Assembly (NCBI GenBank): GCA_964486045.1
Contig: CAZALK010000001.1
Location: 64,001-128,000, forward strand
Reading direction: 5' to 3'
DNA from: an uncultured archaeon
GTDB lineage: Archaea > Asgardarchaeota > Lokiarchaeia > Sigyniarchaeales > SOKP01
DNA: 64,000 nt
Position 1 is the first letter of the stretch. Each line of letters starts with the position of its first letter. Made by a program: the position numbers and the translations under genes. Below the pieces are notes generated by a model. That model made no database searches, was not told the DNA's origin, and saw only the letters and a program-made list of their open reading frames with translations. Below, piece by piece: positions 19,149 to 28,729 of this stretch.

Positions 19149-19209
19149 AATAATTAAATAATTATTATTATTAATGAAAATTGGACGTCCCTATCGATTT
19201 CTGGTATTT

Positions 19210-20475
19210 TCAATCCGCTTTTGGGACTATTATTATGAAATTACTACCTTTTGAATGATCTCCTTTAACTCTATCCTCAACCATCAGCTGTCCTTCATAG
19301 CTTTCAACAATTTTTTTTACAAGCGACAATCCTAATCCCATTCCGGTAGAAATATCTCTTTTTTTATATTCTCTTTGAAAAACTCTCTCTTTGCGATCAT
19401 CTGGAATCCCAATACCATTATCTATAATTTCAATTTTAATATTTTTATCTCCTGTCTTGTGCATTGTGGAAATCTTCACGAGAATTTTTGCTACTAAATT
19501 TGCATTGTATTTTATTGAATTAACGAATAAGTTTTCAAAAATGTCTAATAATAAGTCATTAGCTTGAATAAATTCCCTCTCACTTGCTGACTCGATTTTT
19601 ATATCGACTTTTTTATTTTGAAAACTTTTATCAATGAAATCTATGGCATCGCGTAAATATTTCAATATTTCAATTTTCTTTGTGGAAGTCTTATTTTCAT
19701 CAAGTTGTGATAATTTTTGAATAATAGTAATTAATTTATTACCTCTATTTACCTGTCCTCTGATTAAATCTAATATTTCTTCTGTTTCGTTTAATTTTTC
19801 CGGATTATCTAAATACAATGAGAGAATTTCTGAGGAAGTAGTAATATTTTGAAGAATATTATTAATGTCATGAGCAAAAAGATCTTTATAAAGTTTTGTT
19901 TGTTCATATGCGATTTGATATTTATATTGGGATTCTTTTAATTTCCGAGTTCTTGCTTTCACCTTTTCTTCAAGCTCAAGATTTAATGATTTTAACTCTT
20001 TTTTAGATTTGCTTACCTTATGTGAAGTTTCTCTTTGAATAAGAGTATTTCTTAGACGAATTACGATTTCATTAATCAATTTCGTTTCTTCTTGAAGAAA
20101 GGGTTTATCTTCCTTATAATAAACCTCCAATTGGAAATTTTTCCAATGGACTTTAGCAATAGAACTTATTTTCCAAGGTGTTTCTTCAAAATTTTCTGAA
20201 ACATAGATTTTCTTGTTGTATTTTATTCTTGAGGAGGTTATTTCTGGAAATTGGAAAGCTACGGGAATCAATCTCAAAGTTCCATTTAAAATTTTGTTTA
20301 TTGAGGTATACGGACCTTCAATAAATTTTGATATCTCATATAAACATGTAAGTTCCTTTAATCTCTCCCTAAGTAGGAATTCTGATTCTTTCAGCCTCCT
20401 TTGGGTATCCAATTCCTCAAAATCTTTAATTTTTTCTAAGTTCTCAATCCCAATTTTGCTCTTTGTAAGGGTCAT
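19210..20475 (-). CDS. Sensor histidine kinase
   Basis: H-box FAHDINN, N-box ENLFVNSIKY, DNGIGI, GMGLGL. Confidence 0.9.
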   Translation of the reverse strand: MTLTKSKIGIENLEKIKDFEELDTQRRLKESEFLLRERLKELTCLYEISKFIEGPYTSINKILNGTLRLIPVAFQFPEITSSRIKYNKKIYVSENFEETPWKISSIAKVHWKNFQLEVYYKEDKPFLQEETKLINEIVIRLRNTLIQRETSHKVSKSKKELKSLNLELEEKVKARTRKLKESQYKYQIAYEQTKLYKDLFAHDINNILQNITTSSEILSLYLDNPEKLNETEEILDLIRGQVNRGNKLITIIQKLSQLDENKTSTKKIEILKYLRDAIDFIDKSFQNKKVDIKIESASEREFIQANDLLLDIFENLFVNSIKYNANLVAKILVKISTMHKTGDKNIKIEIIDNGIGIPDDRKERVFQREYKKRDISTGMGLGLSLVKKIVESYEGQLMVEDRVKGDHSKGSNFIIIVPKAD

Positions 20476-20697
20476 TTCGTTTTTGCTTTCTAAATTTTTA
20501 GTTTGTACAATTTATGAAATTGTGATACAAAATCTGGTCTATACTAGATAAAAAAAAAATTGATAATATATAATTTTTGTTATCTAAAAAGATTGAATTG
20601 AATTTATTAACAAATTAAGGGTTTTCTGATCCCAAAAGAGAAAATTTGGTCAAAAAATTGTAAATTATTAGTGAAGAAGAAAAAAAAGGATTTGAAT

Positions 20698-20991
20698 TTA
20701 ATCTATAGCACCAAAATCCAAATTAAAATTAAAGTATTTTTTTACAGGTTTTTTCACATTCCAGACACATTTTAGACCTTTTTCAAACTGGACAAGATCA
20801 CCTTTCTTGAATTCAATTTTCTCTCCAGTTTTAGAATCGGTTACCTCTACTTCTCCATCAAGTAAATAGCACGTCTCCGTATCATCATAGGACCAATCAA
20901 ATTCACTTACTTCTTTACTCCAAGTGCCCCATGATTCTACATTTAAATTTTTTAAATTACCTTCTGTGGGTAGTTTCTTTTTCATTTTCAT
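20698..20991 (-). CDS. Cupin protein (DUF861/EutQ-like)
   Basis: W..WSKE...FDWSY..ETCYLLDG...GDLV.F.KG..C.W. Confidence 0.85.
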   Translation of the reverse strand: MKMKKKLPTEGNLKNLNVESWGTWSKEVSEFDWSYDDTETCYLLDGEVEVTDSKTGEKIEFKKGDLVQFEKGLKCVWNVKKPVKKYFNFNLDFGAID

Positions 20992-21112
20992 CTTTAATCA
21001 CAATTCATCGTTTTATAAATGATTAGTAGAAAGTATTATTTCATATTAATAAAATTTATTTTGAAATTGTTTGTTTAAGAACAAATTCATAGTAAGTAAG
21101 TGGCTTAAAAAT

Positions 21113-21712
21113 TTAATACGTTTGTCGCTCTAATATTTTTCGTGTTAATTGTTCAAAAGCTTGACCAATATTTTCACCCGTTTTAGAGGAGATTTTAAGA
21201 TAGTCAATTAAATTATATTCACTAAGAAAAGATTGGGCATAATCATCGTCTACTTGAATTTCATCAACCAAGTCTAATTTTGTGCCCAGAAAAAGAACAG
21301 GAAGACTTGGGTCTCCCTTACGCACTATGTTTAACCATTGTTCCAAATTCTCCAAGCTGGATATTCTTGTAAGGTCAAACATGAGCATAGCTCCTTTTGC
21401 TCCTAATACATAACTTTCAAGCAGGAATCTAAACCGTTCTTGGCCACCGAAGTCCCAGAGCTGCAAGGTACAGTGTTTATCGTCAATCTCCGTCTCTTTT
21501 AAAAAAAACTCAACCCCAATGGTCATCTTAGTTTCTGCTGAGAATTTCCCCTCCACATATCGAGTAAGGAGCGTTGTCTTCCCCACACCTCCTTCTCCCG
21601 CAGTCAATATTTTGAGTATGAACTTTTTTGGCACGTTACTTACCCGGTTTCGTTTTCTGGTTGAGAATCCTAAAGATCGATCCAAATTGAAAGTACTGTT
21701 TGATTTGCCCAA
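21113..21712 (-). CDS. Rab/Ras-like small GTPase
   Basis: G1 GEGGVGKT, G2 TIGVEF, G3 WDFGGQE, G4 TKLD, G5 ISSKTG; the true start may be the GTG of VPKKF. Confidence 0.93.
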   Translation of the reverse strand: MGKSNSTFNLDRSLGFSTRKRNRVSNVPKKFILKILTAGEGGVGKTTLLTRYVEGKFSAETKMTIGVEFFLKETEIDDKHCTLQLWDFGGQERFRFLLESYVLGAKGAMLMFDLTRISSLENLEQWLNIVRKGDPSLPVLFLGTKLDLVDEIQVDDDYAQSFLSEYNLIDYLKISSKTGENIGQAFEQLTRKILERQTY

Positions 21713-21994
21713 TTTAGAAGGATTTGATTAATTTTAATGTTTGATTAATTCTATTTATTACATTTGTTATACAAACTAATATATTAAAATAATCAGAGTT
21801 TTGTTAAATAAATTTATTTAATTCCCAACAAATTCTAAACCACCTTTTTTTGAGTATTGATTTAAAATCGATTTAACATTTCATTGAAGATAATCAATAA
21901 AGATTCAATTCATAAGAAATCGTTCCTAAAATAGCTTTTTCCATGCTTTTTCGACAGATTTATAGGTTTTTATTCACTGATAATTTAGTATAAA

Positions 21995-22432
21995 ATGCAT
22001 CAGAAAATAATTGTCGTTGATTCAAATTTCATTCTCCTACCTTTTCAATTTAAGGTAGATTATTTCAATGAAATAAGGCAATTAATTGAGGGTAAGCTTA
22101 TGTTTATTATATACCGCCAGGTGTTAAACGAACTTGAAGCTAAGAAGAGGAGAGAATCTAAATCACCAAAATTTGTCAGGTTACTTAATTTTGGTTTATC
22201 ATATTTAGAAAGAAATAGCACAAATTTTAGTATTGAGTATGTTGAAGAAGTAAAAGAGGAGACTGAAATTACAGATGATTTTCTCTTGAGAAAGTCACTA
22301 GAATTAAAACAAAAAGGTAATTCTATCTTTCTAGCAACAAATGATTCAGAACTACGCAGAAGGGCAAAAGAATTAGGGTTAAGCACAATATATCTTCGAC
22401 AAACAAAATATTTATCTATAGAGAGAGCTTAA
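21995..22432 (+). CDS. PIN-domain protein (Fcf1/Utp24-like)
   Basis: VVDSNF, V..EL, TDD and LATND..LRRRA acidic tetrad. Confidence 0.82.
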   Translation: MHQKIIVVDSNFILLPFQFKVDYFNEIRQLIEGKLMFIIYRQVLNELEAKKRRESKSPKFVRLLNFGLSYLERNSTNFSIEYVEEVKEETEITDDFLLRKSLELKQKGNSIFLATNDSELRRRAKELGLSTIYLRQTKYLSIERA

Positions 22433-22570
22433 AAATATGTATTTTGAAAAAAATACACAAATAAATTTTAATCTAAATTCTCTTTATATTATTAAAGTAA
22501 TTAGTTATATTTTATTCACAGAATTGCTCATATAATTTACATTGAATTTATTAGAAAGTGATATTCTACA

Positions 22571-23086
22571 ATGACAAGTCCCATACTTTTAAAAGTGATC
22601 ACAGCGGGAGAAGGAGGGGTAGGCAAAACAACGCTCCTTTATCGATACGTGGAAGGAAGGTTTCTGGTTAACACTAAAATAACACTAGGAGTCGAATTTT
22701 TCATGAAAGAGCTAAATATCGAAGGAAGACAAATTAATTTACAAATTTGGGACTTCGGTGGACAAGAACATTTTAGACCCCTATTAAAAAACTATTCTAT
22801 GGGGGCAAGAGGGGCTCTATTACTCTTTGATCTCACTCGTCCATCCAGTTTAGAGAAAATTGATGAATGGGTGAACATTTGTAGAGGAGAAAATCCAGAA
22901 ATTCCTATAATTTTCTTAGGAACTAAATTAGATTTAACAGAATCAATTTCTGTCGATGATGAATTCGCCTTAAAGTTTCCTAAGAAGTATGATTTCTTTG
23001 AATTTTTGAAGATTTCCTCTAAAACGGGAAAGAATGTGAATTTAGCATTCGAGTTATTAGCAAGTAAAATATTAAAGAAGCTTTAG
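22571..23086 (+). CDS. Rab/Ras-like small GTPase
   Basis: GEGGVGKT, TLGVEF, WDFGGQE, TKLD, ISSKTG; paralog of 21113-21712. Confidence 0.93.
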   Translation: MTSPILLKVITAGEGGVGKTTLLYRYVEGRFLVNTKITLGVEFFMKELNIEGRQINLQIWDFGGQEHFRPLLKNYSMGARGALLLFDLTRPSSLEKIDEWVNICRGENPEIPIIFLGTKLDLTESISVDDEFALKFPKKYDFFEFLKISSKTGKNVNLAFELLASKILKKL

Positions 23087-23103
23087 GAATTTTGCTTATT
23101 AAT

Positions 23104-24291
23104 TTACAGTCGATTTATTATAATCTTTTTGATATCTTCTCTGTTTAAACTAACGGGGTTATTTTTTATTCCAGTTTTATTAATAATTATATCAACGTCA
23201 TTTATTTTAATGCCGTATTTACCTAGTCGGTCTAATCCTAATTGATTAGTCAAATTTTCAAGAAAGGTTATTAAATTCAAACAGTATTTCTCAACTTCTT
23301 CGTTTTTAACAAAATATTTTCCCATCATTAGTGCAGCTACTAGGGCATACTTTCTTAGCGCCTTCTTCCCACTCACCCCGCTTTCATGTAATTTTTTTAC
23401 ATTCATTTTAGTCGCTTCAGATAATAAAGTTCCACAAACGACACCGTGAGGTATATCAAAAAATCCCCCAATTGAAGAAGCTAATCCATGGACTATGCCT
23501 AGCCCCGCGTTAGCAAGGGATATTCCAGAGATAAGTGATCCATATGCCATTTCAGTCCTCACCGAAATATCAGATGCTCCCGTTGAGCAAACCTTTAATA
23601 AATTTTTGCCTACAAACTTCATACCGCTGATGGTTAAAGCATCGGTTATCGGATTTGCTATGGGTGATACGTATGCTTCGATTAATTGAGTAAAAGCATC
23701 CATTCCACACGCAGCAGAAATTGAGGGTGGGCAAGAGAGCATTAGTTTAGGATCGATTATTGTGACATTAGGAATTAGATTGTCATGTCGTAAGGATTTT
23801 TTGAAACCAGTTGATCCAATTTCACTAATCACAGCATTTTTTGTAGCTTCGCTTCCAGTACCAGAGGTTGTTGGAATTGCAATAAATGGAATTTTCTTTC
23901 CATCATGGGTTTTATTTCCTACTCCTTCTAAATAGTTCTTTATAGAACCAACTTTCGACATCATAGCAGATATTGCTTTACCTGCATCGGTAACACTTCC
24001 ACCACCTATACTAATAACTAAGTCAATATTCTTGTTTCGGGCCATCTCCACGGATTTATCGATAAGATGTGGAGATGGTTCTTCTGAAATAGATATTATG
24101 GAATAAAGCATAGATCTCCGGTCTAATTCAGAAACTATCTCAACCCATTTTCCTGAGTTTTTGAGTGAGTTTTCACCAATAACAAAAAGTATTTTTTTCC
24201 CAAATTTAGGAATAACTTCAAAAAGTTCACTTAGTTTTCCAGGACCAAAAATTATAGTCGGAATCTGAGCGAATTGGAAAGGCTGAATCAT
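23104..24291 (-). CDS. Iron-containing alcohol dehydrogenase
   Basis: GGGSVTDAGK, PTTSGTGSEAT, GMDAFTQ, GIVHGL, PHGVVC. Confidence 0.93.
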   Translation of the reverse strand: MIQPFQFAQIPTIIFGPGKLSELFEVIPKFGKKILFVIGENSLKNSGKWVEIVSELDRRSMLYSIISISEEPSPHLIDKSVEMARNKNIDLVISIGGGSVTDAGKAISAMMSKVGSIKNYLEGVGNKTHDGKKIPFIAIPTTSGTGSEATKNAVISEIGSTGFKKSLRHDNLIPNVTIIDPKLMLSCPPSISAACGMDAFTQLIEAYVSPIANPITDALTISGMKFVGKNLLKVCSTGASDISVRTEMAYGSLISGISLANAGLGIVHGLASSIGGFFDIPHGVVCGTLLSEATKMNVKKLHESGVSGKKALRKYALVAALMMGKYFVKNEEVEKYCLNLITFLENLTNQLGLDRLGKYGIKINDVDIIINKTGIKNNPVSLNREDIKKIIINRL

Positions 24292-24486
24292 AGTACATAC
24301 CTCTTATCAATTTATGTATTCATCAAAACAATAATATTACAGTTAAATTATCATTCTTAAAAATGGTTGATATTTGACAGAGAAATCAAACTATGAATCC
24401 CTTTATAATAGATAAGATTTATAATTTACTCTAGATAATTTGTCTCATAGCAAAAATTACAACCTTGTTGATTTCATATTAAAAAA

Positions 24487-24813
24487 GTGCATGAAACCGA
24501 TTTTGAATATAGAGGTGGAACTTCTGGTGTTAAATATTTGATGCGTGGTCCCTCTATTGATTGGGGTGTTATCTTGCTTAATTCTGGTGACTTGATGGGG
24601 GATAAACCACATGGTCATAAGTTCATAGACGAAACTTTTTATTTTGTTGAAGGGGATGGGATAATGATTATTGATGATAAAGAATATGAAGCTCCCCAAG
24701 GAACAGTATTCTTATGTGAGCCAAAAGAAATGCATAATATAAAAAATAATTCGGATAATCCTATAAAAATAATTTTTATTAAGGGAGAATATAAACCGGA
24801 AGATAAAATTTAA
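24487..24813 (+). CDS. Cupin-2 domain protein
   Basis: PHGH..DETFYFVEG...P.EMH metal-binding cupin motifs. Confidence 0.85.
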   Translation: MHETDFEYRGGTSGVKYLMRGPSIDWGVILLNSGDLMGDKPHGHKFIDETFYFVEGDGIMIIDDKEYEAPQGTVFLCEPKEMHNIKNNSDNPIKIIFIKGEYKPEDKI

Positions 24814-24855
24814 AAATAAATTTCTTCATTAAAAATAATATATTGAGGAAGAATC

Positions 24856-25251
24856 ATGGCAAAAAAAAAAGGAAAACAAAGTAAAAGGGGAAAAGGAGGA
24901 AGAGGAGGAAAGGGGTATGTACCTCCCGTTATTACAAGAGTTAAATCCCCGAATAGAAGAATAGGTGAAATATTCGCAATCGTAGTTGAAATCCTCGGTG
25001 GTGAGAGAATGCGAGTATTTTGTGAGGACGGAGAGTTTAGAATAGGAAGAATTCGTGGAAAAATAAAAAAACGGGTATGGGTTAGGCGTGGAGACTTAGT
25101 TGTTGTAAACCCTTGGGAATGGGAGACAAAAACCAAAGATAAATTAGGGAAGTGCGAAATATCATGGAGATATACAAGAGCTGAGATCTCTTGGCTTAAT
25201 CGAAATAATAAAGTTCCTGATATTTTAGATATTAATAACATTCAATTTTAA
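24856..25251 (+). CDS. eif1a: Translation initiation factor aIF-1A
   Basis: LGGERMRVFCEDG..RIGRIRGKIKKRVWVRRGDLVVV.PW..WRYT. Confidence 0.95.
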   Translation: MAKKKGKQSKRGKGGRGGKGYVPPVITRVKSPNRRIGEIFAIVVEILGGERMRVFCEDGEFRIGRIRGKIKKRVWVRRGDLVVVNPWEWETKTKDKLGKCEISWRYTRAEISWLNRNNKVPDILDINNIQF

Positions 25252-25424
25252 TCCCCATTTAAGTGTAAATTTCCAAAAAAGCATGCTTCCTATAAATTCA
25301 TAACCACTACTGGTTTCTCATTAAAAAACATAATTTTATAATTTAGTTTTTCCTTTCTAGCTTATACTCATTTTTCTATATAATTTTTTAAAACCCTTAA
25401 TTCAAATGAGATTCGTGAGAAAAA

Positions 25425-26150
25425 GTGGCTGGTCAAGAAGAAGAAATTAAAATTGATGAAAGCATGATCAAGGAAGACTCTGAAGACTTAACTACACTTT
25501 TTGCTGTAAGGACTACAATTAATCAGGAAAGTAATATTCTCAGACAAATTTTCTATCGATTTAAAATACTAGATACAATTCCGGATATTAGAGCCATGTT
25601 AGTTTCCCCTTTGCTACCAGGATATCTATTCTTCGAGGCACCAACGAAGAGAGAAGTGCAGATAGCGGTTCAAGGAATTCCTCATATTAAAGGAAGAATT
25701 GTACAGAATATAGAATTAAGCGAACTTAAACATGTCTTATTACCAAGGAGTGTAACAGAGTACTTAGAGGAAGGAGATACGGTAGAAATTATCAGTGGTG
25801 TGTTTGAGGGATCACGAGCTTTAGCAATACGTCTACCTCATGACTCTTCCCAAAGTGAAGAAGTAGTTGTAAGGCTTCTACAAGAAGAGACTCCAATAAC
25901 AATCAAGATTCATGGAGATTATCTAAAATTAGTTGAAAAGAAAAAACCAGTAAAAAGACCTGTCCCTGAAATAAAAGTAACAGCGGGAGTTATAACTGAT
26001 TTAGCTAAGTCAATTACTTTTGAAGATGAGTTTGAGGAATTTGAGGAAGATGTAACAGAAAGCTACAAAAGCAGTAAAGTTGAAGTTTATTCTGATGACG
26101 AGGAAGAAACCGATGATGAAGATGAATGGGCTAAATTTGATGGATTTTAA
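25425..26150 (+). CDS. spt5: Transcription elongation factor Spt5 (NusG) with acidic extensions
   Basis: NGN domain (FAVRTTINQE..LPGYLFFEA), KOW (GDTVEIISGVFEG), long acidic C-terminal tail. Confidence 0.9.
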   Translation: MAGQEEEIKIDESMIKEDSEDLTTLFAVRTTINQESNILRQIFYRFKILDTIPDIRAMLVSPLLPGYLFFEAPTKREVQIAVQGIPHIKGRIVQNIELSELKHVLLPRSVTEYLEEGDTVEIISGVFEGSRALAIRLPHDSSQSEEVVVRLLQEETPITIKIHGDYLKLVEKKKPVKRPVPEIKVTAGVITDLAKSITFEDEFEEFEEDVTESYKSSKVEVYSDDEEETDDEDEWAKFDGF

Positions 26151-26382
26151 GGACAGTGTGATTAAATCTACTACCATTCAAGAAAAAATAATGAGCTAAA
26201 AACAAATTTCAATCCGAAAAATTATCCTTTCTTTATGTCACGAGAATGAATAAATGAAATATTAACCGTAGGTTACATTCACTTTTAGAAATAGAATAAT
26301 AAAAGGATTTTTATATCTAAACTTTTTTTAAAGAAATAACAAGGTTATTTAATTTCTTTTTGAATAAAAAACTCTGAATTCG

Positions 26383-27135
26383 ATGATTAAGAATATCTTC
26401 ATAATGAAAGGTAACACCGGTGAATTAATCTTTTATAAAACTTATGAAGATATCTTTAATGTTAAATTAACAAGCAGCTTTCTGAGTGCTATTTTTTCAT
26501 TTGTAAAGCAAACCTTAAAAACTGAAGAATTATCTGAAATTGAAGTAGGGCTCTTTCGATTTATCTTTGAAATTGAGAAAATTAAGAAGGATGAATTACT
26601 CTTTGCTCTATTTAGTGATCGCACAGATAATTTAGTTGAGCTAAGAAACCAATTAAGAGAAATAAAAAATCAATTCTTAAATAAATTTGATATCAATCTA
26701 TTAACTGATAATTTCGATGGTGAGATTTCACAATTTCTCGATTTTGAAGACAATATTGATAATATAATGGAAACTGGGAATCAATTAGTCTCAGAAGACG
26801 TGAAAAAGGACTTATTGAGCATCTTCAATGAATTACACACTTTTTCTTCTTTCGTCGTAGCGTCTGGTTTATTAACTCAAACAGGAAGGGTTATAGTCTC
26901 TAATTTAGAACCGAATATCATTTCAGAAATTATAAAACTACTAGAGGGTAGGTTCCTTTCTGGAAATTATAGAGTTAATGAGCTTGTTTCACTCGAGAAA
27001 TTTGGCATTTTAGCCTTAATTGGCATTGATGAAAATTTCATTTCGGTTATTCAATTTAAAAAAAACTGCCCCTTCGAAACGAGTCTTGTTATATCAAAGA
27101 GATTTTCAAACCGGCTCCAAAAGATAATTTGTTGA
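26383..27135 (+). CDS. Longin-like plus roadblock/LC7-like two-domain protein
   Basis: N-terminal IKNIFIM..TGELIFYK..LTSSFLSAIFSF longin-like pattern; C-terminal VVASGLLTQTGRVIVSNL roadblock-like pattern. Confidence 0.6.
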   Translation: MIKNIFIMKGNTGELIFYKTYEDIFNVKLTSSFLSAIFSFVKQTLKTEELSEIEVGLFRFIFEIEKIKKDELLFALFSDRTDNLVELRNQLREIKNQFLNKFDINLLTDNFDGEISQFLDFEDNIDNIMETGNQLVSEDVKKDLLSIFNELHTFSSFVVASGLLTQTGRVIVSNLEPNIISEIIKLLEGRFLSGNYRVNELVSLEKFGILALIGIDENFISVIQFKKNCPFETSLVISKRFSNRLQKIIC

Positions 27136-27300
27136 GTTTTTAGTTCGAAAAGCGTATATTATTATCATTCCATAACACCGTTTTTTTAAAAAACGAAATA
27201 AAAATGTACAAATTTGAACAAAGATTTAGATTTCCAAAAATTAAAATTACTTTTTTCATAAAAGTAATTAACTATCTTAATAATCTAGAGGGTAAAAATT

Positions 27301-28584
27301 ATGTCTAAATATATGGATAAAGTCATAAATGATGAGATTTTAGAGAAGCTTAGCCTAAAAAATCGTTACAGTTTTGTAAATAACAATTTGATGGCAATTC
27401 TGACTCCTGAGCAGTTTAATCATTTCAAAAAAGTTCAAAAGTTTTGTCAAAGATTTGAAAAAAAAAATGGGATCACACACGGGCCTGAGGAAGACATATA
27501 TGATTGGATCCCCGCATTTGGAGCTGAAGGGTATATTACAAGAGCACTTAATTTTGAAATGATCGATTTAAATTATAATTATTACGGAATGGTTGCAGAT
27601 TTCCTTCGGTATTTAGCTGTTGATTTTTTTGATCCACAATTTGCAATGGGAAGCGGTGCAACGGTTTTAGCAATAAATCCTATATATGAACATCATGAAA
27701 ATATTCCTGTAAGATTAGAGGCGTTGGAAGACCTTGCTACGGGAAAGTCACCGGGATGTATTTGTATAACGGAACCGGAGAGAGGTTCAGATGCAGTGCA
27801 CCAATTAACTACATGTGATGAACAAGAGAATGGTTCATTTATCTTAAATGGTGAAAAAGTTTATACCACAAACGCACCCAAATCAAAATGGGCAGTTGTT
27901 TACGCTACGGCTGAAAAAAATAACGGCAATCTCATGGCACAATTTTTAATTAACACATCTTGGGATGGCTGGAAGTGTGAAAGAGTTGGAATAAATTTCG
28001 TTCCGAAACTGTATTTAGGTCATGAGTATTTTGAAAACTTGAGAGTACCAAAAGAATACATACTCGGTGCAGTTGGGAAGGGGAGAGATCATCTGTTTGA
28101 AGGATTAGTACCGGAAAGATTAGGAATTGCGATTGGTGCTATTTCCCAATGTTGGGGTGCTGTTTCTCATGCTGCAATATATGCTAATATGCGAAAACAA
28201 TTTGATCAAGAAATATTAAAGTTCCAAGGAGTTGGATTTTTATTAACAGATCTCTGGGCACGCACAACTAATTTAACATTAGGTTTGTTAAAATTTGCGG
28301 AAGCATACGATGATAAAATGGTGAAATTTGCAGGGAAAATACCTGGAAATATCTCACGAGCTATGGTGGCAAGCGCTTCACAGTTTAAATACCATACCAC
28401 TAAACTTTCAAAGGAAGTATGCTATGAAGCGGCTAATCTTATGGGAGGTGCAGGATTATCAGATAACACAATGATGGAAGATTACGTGAATATTTCAACA
28501 ATACAGGAAATAGTTGGTGGAAGTCGGCAGATCCAGCAATATATTATGAGCATGGCTCTGCGACAGCTGTTTAAAATGCTGTGA
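27301..28584 (+). CDS. Acyl-CoA dehydrogenase
   Basis: CITEPERGSDA, LNGEKVYTTNA, RKQFDQEI..FQGV, MGGAG, EIVGGSRQIQ. Confidence 0.92.
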   Translation: MSKYMDKVINDEILEKLSLKNRYSFVNNNLMAILTPEQFNHFKKVQKFCQRFEKKNGITHGPEEDIYDWIPAFGAEGYITRALNFEMIDLNYNYYGMVADFLRYLAVDFFDPQFAMGSGATVLAINPIYEHHENIPVRLEALEDLATGKSPGCICITEPERGSDAVHQLTTCDEQENGSFILNGEKVYTTNAPKSKWAVVYATAEKNNGNLMAQFLINTSWDGWKCERVGINFVPKLYLGHEYFENLRVPKEYILGAVGKGRDHLFEGLVPERLGIAIGAISQCWGAVSHAAIYANMRKQFDQEILKFQGVGFLLTDLWARTTNLTLGLLKFAEAYDDKMVKFAGKIPGNISRAMVASASQFKYHTTKLSKEVCYEAANLMGGAGLSDNTMMEDYVNISTIQEIVGGSRQIQQYIMSMALRQLFKML

Positions 28585-28729
28585 AGTCAATACTCCCTTT
28601 TTTTTTTGTTTCAGTTTCATCATATTTAATTAAAATTTAAACTATACTTCCTTTTAATTCATAAAATATTACTAAAAAATAATTTAATTCTAAGAATTAT
28701 ATTAATTTTTACTTAAAAGAGATTTAGAT

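Noticed and set aside
21695-21712. MGKSNS N-myristoylation-like motif on a small GTPase
   Set aside because: It depends on a doubtful TTG start; the paralog's length points to the downstream GTG (VPKKF), and N-myristoyltransferase is not established in archaea.
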